A stretch of DNA of 42,360 nucleotides from Candidatus Krumholzibacteriia bacterium (GCA_035687255.1 DASRYI010000083.1:1-42360), one strand, 5' to 3'; shown: positions 31,311-41,206, counted from the first letter of the stretch. Numbers and translations are program-made. Notes: generated by a model not told the origin, from the letters alone.

Positions 31311-34300
31311 CTATTTCAACAGCAACATCTTGCGCGTTTCGGAGAAATTCGTGGTTGCCATGCGATAGAAGTATATCCCGGAACTCACGGGGGCGCCGTC
31401 GTCGTTCCTCCCATCCCACTGCACGCGGTAGCGGCCGGCGGGCTGGGTAGCGTTGACGAGGGTTCGCACCCGGGCGCCACGTACATCGTAAATTACCAGA
31501 CTAACGGTGCTCTGGCGAGGCCCACGTTGATCCGGCACCCAGTATTCGATGTGGGTCGACGGATTGAACGGGTTGGGGAAGTTCTGTCCGAGGCCCGCTC
31601 GGGCCACCGGAACGTAGAGGCTCGCCGTCTCGTTGAGGGTCGCTCCGCTCTCCCCGACCAGGCGGAAGGAGTACCGGGCGCCCATCTCCACGCTGGTGTC
31701 CGTCCACTGCACCACGCCGTCCGGCGTCACGGCCACGTTGGACGCCACGCGATGATACCCCGTCGCCACGCCCCCGACCACGTCTGCGCGGTCGACGCCG
31801 AAGTGCGCCCCGGCCTCCAGGGGCACGTGCCATCTCAACTCGAGACGCCCGGGCCGGATCGAGTACGCGAACGTGGCGCCGCTCACGGGCGTCGGCAACT
31901 GTGTGGTGGGGTTGCCGTCGTTGTACAGGTTGGCGTGATATTTGGCCCACGGCGCTTTCTGAGGATTGAACATTTTGGGGAAATCCCACACCCGCACCGT
32001 CTTGTCCCAGCCGGCCGCGATGACTTCCACGTCACCGTCTTTGTCGAGGTCGCAGATCTCGGGCGTCGCGCGCACCGCATCGCTCATGGCGAGTGGAAAT
32101 CCCGCCACCGGCTGTCCGGTCGCGTCCCATGCATCGATGTACTTGTTCTCGTTGCCGAGCACGACGTCGAGCACACCGTTGTTGTCGAGGTCCGCGATGA
32201 CGGGAGAGGATTCCGTCCACGAGCTGGTTGCGTACACCACCGGCCACCCGGGCAGGTCGGTGCCGTTCCAGCGAATGGCGTAGAGATTGCGGTCCTTGCT
32301 GGGAATCAGCGTCTCCAGCTTGCCGTCGCCGTCGAGGTCGCCGAGCGCGGGGGACGGTGAGAAGCTCAGGTTGTCGGGCGCCCAGCGATACCACAGCTGC
32401 GTTCCGTCGCCCTTGAAGGCGTAGGTATCGCCGCTCTGAAGATGAACCACGACGTCCATGCCGCCGTCGCCGTCGATGTCTCCGACCGCCGGCGCCCCGG
32501 CCACCGGCGAGGGAAAGGCTTTCGGCCATCCCGGCGCCGATGATCCGTCGGCGTTGAGCACGAAGAGCGAGTCGCCCTGCGTGCCCACCACCATCTCGTC
32601 GATGCCGTCGCCGTCCAGGTCCCCCATCGCGGGACATCCATACTGATAAACGCAACCCCCGAACTTGCGGAACACGCCGTTGGTGGAAACATCGTGGTCT
32701 CCGTCGCGATACTCGGTGCCGTCGGGATGCCACACGTACAGCACGCCGTGTTCGTCGATCGCGATGACTTCCTTGGTGCCGTCACCGTCGATATCACCGG
32801 CGACGAGGCCGGCGCGGATGGCGTTGAGAACGGTTTGCGGCCAGCCCGCAATGACACTCCCGGTGTAGTTGAAAGCGAAAACTTCGCGCGTGTCGCGTGA
32901 CGCGGCCAGGATATCGAGCCCCGGCACCGTGTCGATGTCCGCAAGCGCGAGGTGCGACACGAAATTGTTTCCCAGCGTGCTGAACAGACCCCAGGTCTGC
33001 GCATTGCCGTCGCCGTCACGCACCTCGACTCCGTTGTGGTGCCATGCGTACACCTTGGTGTCGCCCACGAGGATTTCAAAGGTATGGTCGCCGTCGATAT
33101 CGCCCACCACCGGCGAACTCACGGTTTCGGCGGCCATGGTGATGGGCCATCCCTCCACCTGCTTGGGATTGGTGTTGCCCACCGTTTCCGGCGACAGCGC
33201 GCTTTCGTTTCCCGACGCGTCCAGCGCGCTCAACCGGTAGTAGTAGGTGGTCGTGGGATACAGGCCCCGGTCGAGGAAGGTCGTGTAGTGCACGGGATCC
33301 ACGGAAACCAGGTCGTAGGGGCCACCGGGCGTCCCGGAGCGATACACCTGGTAGCGATTCACATCCAACGAGCCGGACGCGCTCCACGTCAGAACCAGCC
33401 GGTCCGGCCCCAGGCTGGGATCACAGACGAGATTGGTGGGTGGATCCGGCGGACGCAACTCAAACGTTTTCTGCCACAGGCGGCCGTACGCATCGGTAAC
33501 ATCCAGACGGAGATTGTGCGGCGACGCGACGTTCGATTCGCTGAGATAGAAACCAACCGTATCTTCCACGGCGCCGATGCTGGGCAGATCGCCGTACGTG
33601 TCCGCATTGTTGAAGATCGTAAACACGCCGCCCGAAAGATCCACGAGTGTGCCATGCACGGCGTGCGCCGCCCCTGTGCCGAAATTCTTGAGACGGTAGT
33701 GCAGGTGGAAGTTCTCCCCGGCCTGCACCACGCCGTCGCCATTGCCGGTTCCCGCGTCGTCGATGCGCAGTACATCGAAATCAAGCGACGGGGCATGCAC
33801 GATGCGCGTGAAATGATCCGTCCACGCGGTCACCCCGTTCTGCTTGACCGCCAGCGTAAACTTGACCGGCGTGTTGTCGGCGAGCGAGGACGCGAACACG
33901 ACCCGGAAGGGGTCGGACGCGGTGGTGGCCCCACCCGACGCCACCGAACCCACGGTCGCGACGCTGTCGGCCACCGTGACGCCGCCCTGCGACGCGCGCA
34001 GCGCCAGGGTAATGTTGGACGCGGAAACGCCGCCGGTGTTCTTCACGCGAACCGTGAAGTCGATGGTCTCACCCGCATCGATCACGCCGTCAGCATTGCC
34101 GTTGGTTCCCGCCAGCGCGTCGTCGTCGATGGTCTCGGAATCATAGGTCACATACGCCCCCGCGCTCGGCGTCACGGTAATGTTCGCGTCGTAGCGTCCG
34201 CGATTGAGGGCGGTGGCGACAATGCGCACGCTGCCCGCCGACTTCGCGGTCATCGACAACGTCACATTGCCGGAGGCGTCGGTAACCCCCACTTTGTAGT

Positions 34301-36275
34301 CGTCGGTCCCTTTGGAAAGACAGACGCGCGCGCCGGCCACATTCCCCAACGCATCCGAGACATGGACCATGATCGGCGTGGTCCCGATTCCGATCGAAGC
34401 CGGGTACGTCACCGTGAGCGCCTGCACGGGCTCGGTCCAGATGGGCATCTCGGGATCCGCAAGCATGGCGTACGCATAGTGCATGTACAGATCCGAATTG
34501 TCGCTCTGCATGGCGATGGGCGTACGCGGAAACTTGGAACGCGCATACGCCTCCCCGATATGCTCCACATGGTCGACGTAGAGAAGCTTGTAGTACTCGT
34601 CCATGTACGGTTGCGCAACCAACGGATACACGCTTTCGCTGGATCCGATCACGGACACGGCGCCACCGACGGGGTTGCGCAGAAAGTGCTCGCCGAGACA
34701 GTAGTAGGTGAACGCCACCCCGGTGCAGCTGAGAAGGAAGAGATTGCTGTAACGGTTCGTATTGGTGAGTGCGTCGGCGTCGGCGTTGGAGATACTGGCG
34801 TCGCCACACGACATGTTGAACCGGAATCCGTGCCCGATGTGGTTGACCTGGTCGTACCCCTCATTCAGGGACGCGATGGCGGCGGCCGCTGTCTCGGGCA
34901 GCGAGCCCGGGTGCGGCACGTAGTTCTGGTAGTTCTTCTGCACCGTCAACGCCGGATTCGTGAATGCCAGCAGGTACAGGTAGTCCGCGATATCCGCGCC
35001 GTCCTGAGTCACCGACTGCCCGGACTGCCAGTCGATGGGAAACAGCACTTCCGCCAGCAGCAACGTCTTTCCCGTGTACGACGGATCCACCGGCGTTTCG
35101 TAGCTTTCAATCTTGGCGATCAGCGATGCCGCCGTCGCGTTGTCGACGGCGGGAAGGCGTCCCGTGTACACCTCGGGATACAGATCGGTCTGATCGACAC
35201 TCACCGCTTCGCCGAAGTACTGGTTGTGATTGGCATTCCAGTCGCCGTCGAGGCACCCGAAGTACATGTCCGCAGGCAACGTCTTGTCACCCTGATAGAG
35301 CGAATGTCCCAGACGCACCGGAATCTGGTCGGTATCGCCACCCAGAAGCACATAGGTGATACCCCACTGCTGATAGGCATCGAGGATGAAGGTGCGGATG
35401 GTTTCGGCGGGATCGGCACCATTGCGGTAGTGCGCGTCTATCCACTCGGTGGTGCGCACCACGGTGGGAACACCCTTGGCGGTCTTCCAGTCGGCGAGCG
35501 TCTGGAACGTCGCCGCCAGGGAATCGTTGGTAATGATCACGTAGTCGACGTCACTGCCCTCCAGCGACGGATAGGACGTCGGCTGAAAGCCGCCTGTGGT
35601 CTTCTTCGCGGGCGCGCCCTGGAGGGGATACGCTGAGGCCAGTTGTGGATTGACCACGGTGGCAGACAATTCGCGCTGCATGTCCGCGCGGAATCCCTCG
35701 CGCTGGCGCAATCGTCTGGCCACGCGGATGCCCGATGCATCGGGTCCGGTGGTGACGTGCAGCGTGAGCGAGGTGGCCACCGTGAGATCCCCGTTGTCGA
35801 CCCGGATCGGGTACAACGCAAAACTCGCGATGGTAAAGCCGCGCAGGTAGCCGACGCCCAGGAACACGGCCCGCTCCGCCGGATACACGCCCTGGGTGTT
35901 GAATGTCGCCGTGGCGGGTGCCATGCCGGACCCGTTGTCCGCAAACGCGGGCGCCAGCATCGGGGTTACGCCGCGCCCCACCACCACATCCTCTCCGGCG
36001 TCAACGCGCGTGCCCACCACCGTTTCGCCGGGCGAGAGCAACATGCTGATGATTCGATACGGAAGCATCGGCTGCTCCGGCGCCGTGACGTACTGATAGG
36101 AATCGCCGGTGGCAAGCACCTGGTCCCCCGACGCGCTGGATTTCACTGACACGTCCGCGGGCGTTGTATTCAGTGTCCATGTGAGCTCGCCCGCCTGGAG
36201 CGGAACGGTCACGGCAACGAGGGCGAAAATAGAAACGAGAAGGGCAAGGGCGATGCGAAGCAAGCTGGTGCGCAC
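31311..36275 (-). CDS. Giant secreted protein, paralogue 3 of 3: C25 peptidase + beta-sandwich modules + FN3 + FG-GAP repeats + T9SS-type C-terminal domain (1654 aa)
   Basis: GTG 36275 is preceded by GGAGGA. The signal peptide is MRTSLLRIALALLVSIFALVAVTVPLQA. This is the most divergent copy, but it is colinear with the other two. The His482 codon is at 34830-34832 and the Cys517 codon at 34725-34727. The tail is LGQNFPNPFNPSTHIEYWVPD...TRKMLLLK. Confidence 0.9.
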   Translation of the reverse strand: MRTSLLRIALALLVSIFALVAVTVPLQAGELTWTLNTTPADVSVKSSASGDQVLATGDSYQYVTAPEQPMLPYRIISMLLSPGETVVGTRVDAGEDVVVGRGVTPMLAPAFADNGSGMAPATATFNTQGVYPAERAVFLGVGYLRGFTIASFALYPIRVDNGDLTVATSLTLHVTTGPDASGIRVARRLRQREGFRADMQRELSATVVNPQLASAYPLQGAPAKKTTGGFQPTSYPSLEGSDVDYVIITNDSLAATFQTLADWKTAKGVPTVVRTTEWIDAHYRNGADPAETIRTFILDAYQQWGITYVLLGGDTDQIPVRLGHSLYQGDKTLPADMYFGCLDGDWNANHNQYFGEAVSVDQTDLYPEVYTGRLPAVDNATAASLIAKIESYETPVDPSYTGKTLLLAEVLFPIDWQSGQSVTQDGADIADYLYLLAFTNPALTVQKNYQNYVPHPGSLPETAAAAIASLNEGYDQVNHIGHGFRFNMSCGDASISNADADALTNTNRYSNLFLLSCTGVAFTYYCLGEHFLRNPVGGAVSVIGSSESVYPLVAQPYMDEYYKLLYVDHVEHIGEAYARSKFPRTPIAMQSDNSDLYMHYAYAMLADPEMPIWTEPVQALTVTYPASIGIGTTPIMVHVSDALGNVAGARVCLSKGTDDYKVGVTDASGNVTLSMTAKSAGSVRIVATALNRGRYDANITVTPSAGAYVTYDSETIDDDALAGTNGNADGVIDAGETIDFTVRVKNTGGVSASNITLALRASQGGVTVADSVATVGSVASGGATTASDPFRVVFASSLADNTPVKFTLAVKQNGVTAWTDHFTRIVHAPSLDFDVLRIDDAGTGNGDGVVQAGENFHLHYRLKNFGTGAAHAVHGTLVDLSGGVFTIFNNADTYGDLPSIGAVEDTVGFYLSESNVASPHNLRLDVTDAYGRLWQKTFELRPPDPPTNLVCDPSLGPDRLVLTWSASGSLDVNRYQVYRSGTPGGPYDLVSVDPVHYTTFLDRGLYPTTTYYYRLSALDASGNESALSPETVGNTNPKQVEGWPITMAAETVSSPVVGDIDGDHTFEILVGDTKVYAWHHNGVEVRDGDGNAQTWGLFSTLGNNFVSHLALADIDTVPGLDILAASRDTREVFAFNYTGSVIAGWPQTVLNAIRAGLVAGDIDGDGTKEVIAIDEHGVLYVWHPDGTEYRDGDHDVSTNGVFRKFGGCVYQYGCPAMGDLDGDGIDEMVVGTQGDSLFVLNADGSSAPGWPKAFPSPVAGAPAVGDIDGDGGMDVVVHLQSGDTYAFKGDGTQLWYRWAPDNLSFSPSPALGDLDGDGKLETLIPSKDRNLYAIRWNGTDLPGWPVVYATSSWTESSPVIADLDNNGVLDVVLGNENKYIDAWDATGQPVAGFPLAMSDAVRATPEICDLDKDGDVEVIAAGWDKTVRVWDFPKMFNPQKAPWAKYHANLYNDGNPTTQLPTPVSGATFAYSIRPGRLELRWHVPLEAGAHFGVDRADVVGGVATGYHRVASNVAVTPDGVVQWTDTSVEMGARYSFRLVGESGATLNETASLYVPVARAGLGQNFPNPFNPSTHIEYWVPDQRGPRQSTVSLVIYDVRGARVRTLVNATQPAGRYRVQWDGRNDDGAPVSSGIYFYRMATTNFSETRKMLLLK

Positions 36276-36468
36276 GGCTCCTCCGACGCGTTGCGAACCG
36301 TAGTTTTCCGGCGGGCCGGTGCTGTGGGCGCCAGGCGGCTGCCGGAAGTTACGGACTTGATGATGCTGGGCTCAATGTCGTTGGAAGCGTCGACGCCAAC
36401 TCCTGGACGGGGTAGGGTCGCGGCTCCCGCGTGACGCGATCGCGCAGTCACAAGATTGTGCGGAAATA

Positions 36469-36498
36469 ATTATATCGCAACGGGGTTGGACACGTCAA
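36469..36498 (-). promoter_or_regulatory. Near-consensus sigma70-type promoter in front of paralogue 3
   Basis: Minus-strand reading: TTGACG (36498-36493), 18-nt spacer, TATAAT (36474-36469). This implies a leader of about 190 nt before GTG 36275. Confidence 0.6.
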
Positions 36499-36555
36499 CG
36501 TGGCGTTGCGACGCGACAATCGCGGTTTTCAGATGTGGAAATCGGACGACGGAAA

Positions 36556-36577
36556 GGGGCGGGCAGACGCCCGCCCC
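36556..36577 (-). terminator. Probable intrinsic terminator of clpB
   Basis: GGGGCGGGC (36556-36564) / GCCCGCCCC (36569-36577), a 9-bp GC stem with a 4-nt loop. It begins 9 nt after the clpB stop. On the mRNA strand only a short TTT follows, so the U-tract is weak. Confidence 0.5.
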
Positions 36578-36585
36578 CGGCTGGC

Positions 36586-39168
36586 TCAGGCCGTGGCCAT
36601 TTCCGCCTCCAGAATATCGACATGCAGGCGGTCCTGGTCGACTCCCACTCGTACCGTGCCACCGTCCCGGATGGTCCGGGACAGCATCGCCCGGGCGATG
36701 TCGCCCTCGAGCTCGCGCTGGATGAGGCGCCGCAGGGGCCGCGCGCCGTACACCGGGTCGAGCCCGCGCCGGGCGAGATCACGCACCGCGTCGTCGCTGA
36801 CCTCGAACCCCATGCCGTGGTCAGCAAGCTTCTTCTCGAGCTGGCGCAGCTGCAGGCGTGTGATTCGTTCCATTTCATCCTGGCCGAGCGGATGGAACAA
36901 TACGATCTCGTCGATACGGTTCAGGAACTCGGGTCTGAACGCGTGTTGCATGGCGTTCATCACGGAATGCCGCATGGCCTCAACGTCACGGAACTGCTCC
37001 GCGGACGTGCCCAGATTCGACGTCATGATGATCAGCGCATGCGAAAAATCCACGGTCCGGCCCTGCCCGTCCGTCAGGCGGCCGTCATCCATCAACTGCA
37101 GCAGCACGTTGAACACGTCGGGGTGGGCCTTCTCGATCTCGTCGAACAGCACCACCGAGTAGGGCGTGCGGCGCACGGCTTCGGTCAGGTATCCGCCTTC
37201 GTCGTAGCCGATGTAACCCGGCGGCGCCCCGATCAGGCGGGCGACCGAGTGCTTTTCCATATATTCGGACATGTCGACACGCACGATGCGGCTCTCGTCA
37301 TCGAACAGAACGTCCGCCAGCGCGCGCGCCAGCTCCGTCTTGCCCACGCCGGTGGGACCGACGAAGACAAACGACCCGACCGGACGATGCGGACTCGCCA
37401 GACCGGCACGCGCGCGCCGGATGGCTTCCGCCACCGCGTGCACGGCCCCGGGCTGACCCACCACGCGCTCCTCGATGCGGGCCTCCAGCTCGAGCAGGCG
37501 CTCGCGGTCCGACTCCAGCATCTTGCTCACCGGAATGCCGGTCCAGCGCGCCACGATTTCGGCGATCTCCTCGGCCGTGACCACTTCGCGCAGTAATCCT
37601 CCGTCGCGATGCAACTGCTCGAGTTCGCGGTTGGCGGCGTCGAGTTCCTGCTCCAGCCGCGGGATGGTTGAGTAGCGAATCTCCCCCACCTTCTCGAGAC
37701 GGTTTTCGCGAATCGCGAGGCTCTCGTCCCGGCGAGCGGCCTCGATCTTTTCCTTGCCGTCGCGGATGCGCTGGATGACGCGCTTCTCGTTTTCCCAGCG
37801 CGCGCGGCGCGTCGCATAGGTTTCCTGCAGAGCCGCCAGACGGCTCTCGATTTCCTGCAGACGCGCACGCGCGGCCGCGTCGTGCTCGCGCTCCAGCACC
37901 TGCTTTTCGATGGTGAGCTGGGTGATCTTCTCCTTGTCGGCCTGCAGTTCGGCGGGCTGGCTGTCCAGCTCCAGTTTGAGCTTCGACGCCGCCTCGTCGA
38001 CCAGGTCGATGGCCTTGTCGGGAAGAAAGCGCGACGTGATGTACCGGTCGGAAAGACGAGCAGCCGCCACAATGGCGCCGTCAGTGATCTTCACGCCGTG
38101 GTGGACCTCGTAGCGTTCCTTGAGCCCGCGCAGGATGGCGATGGTCTCGTCCACGCCCGGCTCCGAAACCGGCACCACCTGGAAGCGCCGCTCCAGCGCG
38201 GCGTCCTTTTCGATGTGCTTGCGGTACTCGGTCACGGTGGTGGCGCCGATACAGTGCAGCTCGCCACGCGCCAGCGCCGGCTTGATCATGTTGGACGCGT
38301 CCAGCGAACCCTCCGCCGCACCCGCTCCCACCAGGGTGTGCAATTCGTCGATGAAGAGGATGATTTCACCGTCACTCTGCGTAATGGCCTTGAGCAACGC
38401 CTTGAAACGTTCCTCGAACTCGCCGCGAAATTTGGTGCCGGCCACCAGCGAACCCATATCGAGCGCTAGCAGGCGCTTGTTGCGCAGCGCATTGCCGACG
38501 GCGATGCGCTGCGCCAGCCCCTCCACGATCGCAGTCTTTCCCACGCCCGGGTCACCGATGAGCACGGGATTGTTCTTGGTGCGGCGTGACAGGACCTGGC
38601 TCAGGCGGCGAATTTCCTCGTCGCGGCCGATCACCGGGTCCACGCGGCCGGCGCGCGCGCGCGCCGTGAGATCCAGCGTGAACTTTTCCAGTGCCTGGAT
38701 CCTGGTCTCGGGATTCTGGTCCACCACCGCTTCCCCGCCACGCAGCTCCTGGAGCGCGCGCAGCACGCGGTCTTTTCCCACGCCGATCGAATGCAGATAC
38801 TCTCCGACCGCCGAACGCCGTTCACGCACCATTGCCAGCAGGAGGTGTTCGGTGGAGACGTACTGATCCTTCATGGCCTTCGCTTCCGCCATGGCGTGCT
38901 GGATCACGGTTCGGAACTGCGCCGACGGCAGCGCCTGGCCGCCACTCTGGGTGGCCATCGAGGCGAGCTGGGCGCTCGCTACCTCGCGGACGCGGGCGGG
39001 GTCGATTCCCATCCGCTGAAACAAGGGCGGTACCAGCCCCTCGGGCTGGTCGATCAGCGCGGACAGCAGATGCCAGGGGTTGACTTCCGCATGGTTGGCG
39101 AGAAAAGCGGCCTCGTTGGCGTCGCTCAGTGCGGCCTGGGCCTTTTCTGTGAACTTGTCGAGCATCAT
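36586..39168 (-). CDS. clpB: ATP-dependent chaperone/disaggregase ClpB
   Basis: Track frame trimmed to ATG 39168 ([14 protein letters not shown]), which is preceded by AAGGAG. There are two AAA+ modules with Walker A motifs GDPGVGKT and GPTGVGKT. A long coiled-coil middle domain lies between them. The C-terminal D2 small domain is present. Confidence 0.95.
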   Translation of the reverse strand: MMLDKFTEKAQAALSDANEAAFLANHAEVNPWHLLSALIDQPEGLVPPLFQRMGIDPARVREVASAQLASMATQSGGQALPSAQFRTVIQHAMAEAKAMKDQYVSTEHLLLAMVRERRSAVGEYLHSIGVGKDRVLRALQELRGGEAVVDQNPETRIQALEKFTLDLTARARAGRVDPVIGRDEEIRRLSQVLSRRTKNNPVLIGDPGVGKTAIVEGLAQRIAVGNALRNKRLLALDMGSLVAGTKFRGEFEERFKALLKAITQSDGEIILFIDELHTLVGAGAAEGSLDASNMIKPALARGELHCIGATTVTEYRKHIEKDAALERRFQVVPVSEPGVDETIAILRGLKERYEVHHGVKITDGAIVAAARLSDRYITSRFLPDKAIDLVDEAASKLKLELDSQPAELQADKEKITQLTIEKQVLEREHDAAARARLQEIESRLAALQETYATRRARWENEKRVIQRIRDGKEKIEAARRDESLAIRENRLEKVGEIRYSTIPRLEQELDAANRELEQLHRDGGLLREVVTAEEIAEIVARWTGIPVSKMLESDRERLLELEARIEERVVGQPGAVHAVAEAIRRARAGLASPHRPVGSFVFVGPTGVGKTELARALADVLFDDESRIVRVDMSEYMEKHSVARLIGAPPGYIGYDEGGYLTEAVRRTPYSVVLFDEIEKAHPDVFNVLLQLMDDGRLTDGQGRTVDFSHALIIMTSNLGTSAEQFRDVEAMRHSVMNAMQHAFRPEFLNRIDEIVLFHPLGQDEMERITRLQLRQLEKKLADHGMGFEVSDDAVRDLARRGLDPVYGARPLRRLIQRELEGDIARAMLSRTIRDGGTVRVGVDQDRLHVDILEAEMATA

Positions 39169-39234
39169 GAAGATCAATCTCCTTCCAGAGAGTCTCACCT
39201 CTACTGGGCAGGAATGGTGCCAGCCCGAAATGGC

Positions 39235-39264
39235 AATTATTTCGTTGATTTTAAATAACTTATA
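39235..39264 (-). promoter_or_regulatory. AT-rich island upstream of clpB: -10-like TATAAG plus 8-nt inverted repeat (candidate operator)
   Basis: Plus-strand AATTATTT (39235-39242), 10-nt spacer, AAATAACT (39253-39260): the arms are complementary at 7 of 8 positions. On the minus strand TATAAG (39264-39259) abuts the repeat. No good -35 is seen. The sequence does not match CIRCE or HAIR as I remember them. Confidence 0.3.
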
Positions 39265-39332
39265 TTTATGCCTGCCCACGTCACGGGCCGAGAGCCCGCC
39301 AGGCCTGACAGTGTGACAGCTGGAAATGGCAG

Positions 39333-41123
39333 TTAGTTACGCTCGTAGCGGCGGACGTTCCAGCCGCGTGGAATGCGGAGGTAGGTCTTGAGAACAGCGA
39401 CCTCGTCGCTGGTCAGGGTGGTTGCCTTGGGTGACTGGCCGCCCACCATGAGGTGGTTGGGGTCGAGGCTGTGGTTGAGGCCCAGCGAGTGGCCGAGCTC
39501 GTGCCGGCATATCACCTCGAAGGCGTCTTTCACGGGCGCCGAATAGACGGTACGAAATTCGATCCGGCTCGTCAGTGGGTACCAGTCCGTGGTCCACGTC
39601 AGAACCTGATGGTTATCGGCGGACACGGTTCCACTGTAAGTCGTCTCCACCCGCTGCGAGGGCAGAGGATCGTTCTCGCCCAGAATTCTGAACACCTGCG
39701 TTCCCAGCAACGCGTCGAATCCCTGGGCCGCTTCACGAATTGCGCCTGCATAGTCCAGTCCGTCTTTCTCGAAGGGGCGGATATAAAGCGCCAGGGGAAT
39801 ATCGCGTCGACGCTGATCTGCGTTATACGGAATTCCGCCCACGTCCGTCATGCTGCGAAAGAACTCGAGGAAGTCCTGGTAGTAGGTGGTCTGCAGCGGG
39901 TAGTTGGGAATCAGATACATGTTCACAACGTCGAGGTGTTGCACCGAATACGGCTTGCTGTAGTCAAAATAGTCGCCGATATCCGGGCCCAGTTCGTCGC
40001 GCGCCGTCAGAATCCCGTCGGCGTATCCCTGCTCGGTGAACTCGTAGATTCCGTCACCGTCACTCGTCACCGTGGAAGTGCCGAACGTAAGCGTGGCATT
40101 GGGAACCCCTTCTCCCGTGACCGTATCGATCACGCGCCCGCCGAAGCGCATGCCTTTCGTCGTCACCAGCGTCGGCTGGGGCAACGGCGAGATATTGCCG
40201 AAATCGTCGGTGGCACGCACCCCCACGTAGGTCTCCCGCGCCGGCTGCAGGCCGCCCACCACCATGCTCATGGTCTCGCCCGGGGGAAGCGGCGCGGGAA
40301 CGTTGGGCCGTTCACTGCCGCGGGCCCAGTCCTGCTCGGTCGTGAAGGGCACCGGCGACGTGCGCACCTGATAGAACGACGGCAACCCCGTCATCCCGTC
40401 CCGTCCCACCGCGGTCCATGCGATGTTGATCTCGCCGGGTTGCGCGCCGGTTTCGGCCAGCGTGATCGGCACCTGCGCGGGCGGAATATCGTCGGGAATC
40501 GTCGTTACTTTCAACTGCCAGGTGCGCGTCACCACGTTGGTTCCGTCCGTGATGGTCACGCGCACGGTCTTCTTCCCCACTGACGTTGCCTCGTAACTGA
40601 ACTGCCGTTCGTTCACCACCACGGAATCGTTTACCGAGAACGAATACGACAGCGGCAGCGATTCGGGATCGCTGGCCACGACGGCGAAGTTGAGCCAGTG
40701 ACCCACCACCAGCACCGGATTGGGCTCCACCGGGACGGCGGTTTCGACGACCGGCGGGAAATTGATGGGAATCTTGCTGGAGACGCGCCAGTCGATGTAG
40801 GAGGTGTGCTGCCCGTCGGACACCGAACCGCGAATGTCCACCACGCCGGTATCGACGATGGCGTAGTCGAAGTCACGCCCGTCGAAAACGTGCTTGCTAC
40901 CCATCTGGTAGGACGTCGACAGATGATCGTTGTCCGGATCGTGGGCGTGGATCGTGAACTGGAGCGTGTCGCCGACGAAGGCATTCAGGAACCGCGTGGT
41001 TGGATAGAAGGAATCCACCACCGGGGGCCGCCCCACCCGTTCGGGGTCGTTGGAACCACATGATGCCTGCGTCACCGCCACGGCCAGTGCCAGGGCGAGA
41101 ACCGCTCGATTTGACAGCTTCAT
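39333..41123 (-). CDS. Multidomain lipoprotein with C-terminal metzincin (matrixin/M10-like) zinc metalloprotease domain
   Basis: The signal peptide plus lipobox is [22 protein letters not shown]. There are two tandem Ig-like modules, each starting PPVV(D/E) (He_PIG-like: ...[14 protein letters not shown] / ...[14 protein letters not shown]). An FN3-like module follows ([18 protein letters not shown]), then a CarboxypepD_reg-like segment ([20 protein letters not shown]). The zinc site is [12 protein letters not shown] (HExxHxxGxxH), followed by a possible Met-turn (NHLMVGG). Confidence 0.85.
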   Translation of the reverse strand: MKLSNRAVLALALAVAVTQASCGSNDPERVGRPPVVDSFYPTTRFLNAFVGDTLQFTIHAHDPDNDHLSTSYQMGSKHVFDGRDFDYAIVDTGVVDIRGSVSDGQHTSYIDWRVSSKIPINFPPVVETAVPVEPNPVLVVGHWLNFAVVASDPESLPLSYSFSVNDSVVVNERQFSYEATSVGKKTVRVTITDGTNVVTRTWQLKVTTIPDDIPPAQVPITLAETGAQPGEINIAWTAVGRDGMTGLPSFYQVRTSPVPFTTEQDWARGSERPNVPAPLPPGETMSMVVGGLQPARETYVGVRATDDFGNISPLPQPTLVTTKGMRFGGRVIDTVTGEGVPNATLTFGTSTVTSDGDGIYEFTEQGYADGILTARDELGPDIGDYFDYSKPYSVQHLDVVNMYLIPNYPLQTTYYQDFLEFFRSMTDVGGIPYNADQRRRDIPLALYIRPFEKDGLDYAGAIREAAQGFDALLGTQVFRILGENDPLPSQRVETTYSGTVSADNHQVLTWTTDWYPLTSRIEFRTVYSAPVKDAFEVICRHELGHSLGLNHSLDPNHLMVGGQSPKATTLTSDEVAVLKTYLRIPRGWNVRRYERN

Positions 41124-41206
41124 AATCAGGGTTTTGTGGGGTCAAGCCGTGCGGCTTGATGGAAATATAGGGGGCAGGTTACCCGCGGACAAGGACGGGT
41201 TCGCGG

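Noticed and set aside
32952-35636. An 894-aa plus-strand ORF antisense to paralogue 3. Similar ORFs lie antisense to the giant genes at 21010-23151, 23284-25143, 26170-27360 and 29563-30720.
   Set aside because: These are typical high-GC shadow ORFs. Their composition is Arg/Gly/His/Val-rich and low in complexity. They have no motifs, no signal peptide or TM logic, and no ribosome-binding sites. Each lies fully inside a well-supported gene on the other strand.
41142-41159. A perfect palindrome TCAAGCCG-TG-CGGCTTGA between the PAP2-like gene and the metalloprotease gene, considered as a possible terminator.
   Set aside because: No U-tract follows on the transcribed strand and the loop is very tight. 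The two genes are probably co-transcribed, so the palindrome's function is unclear.
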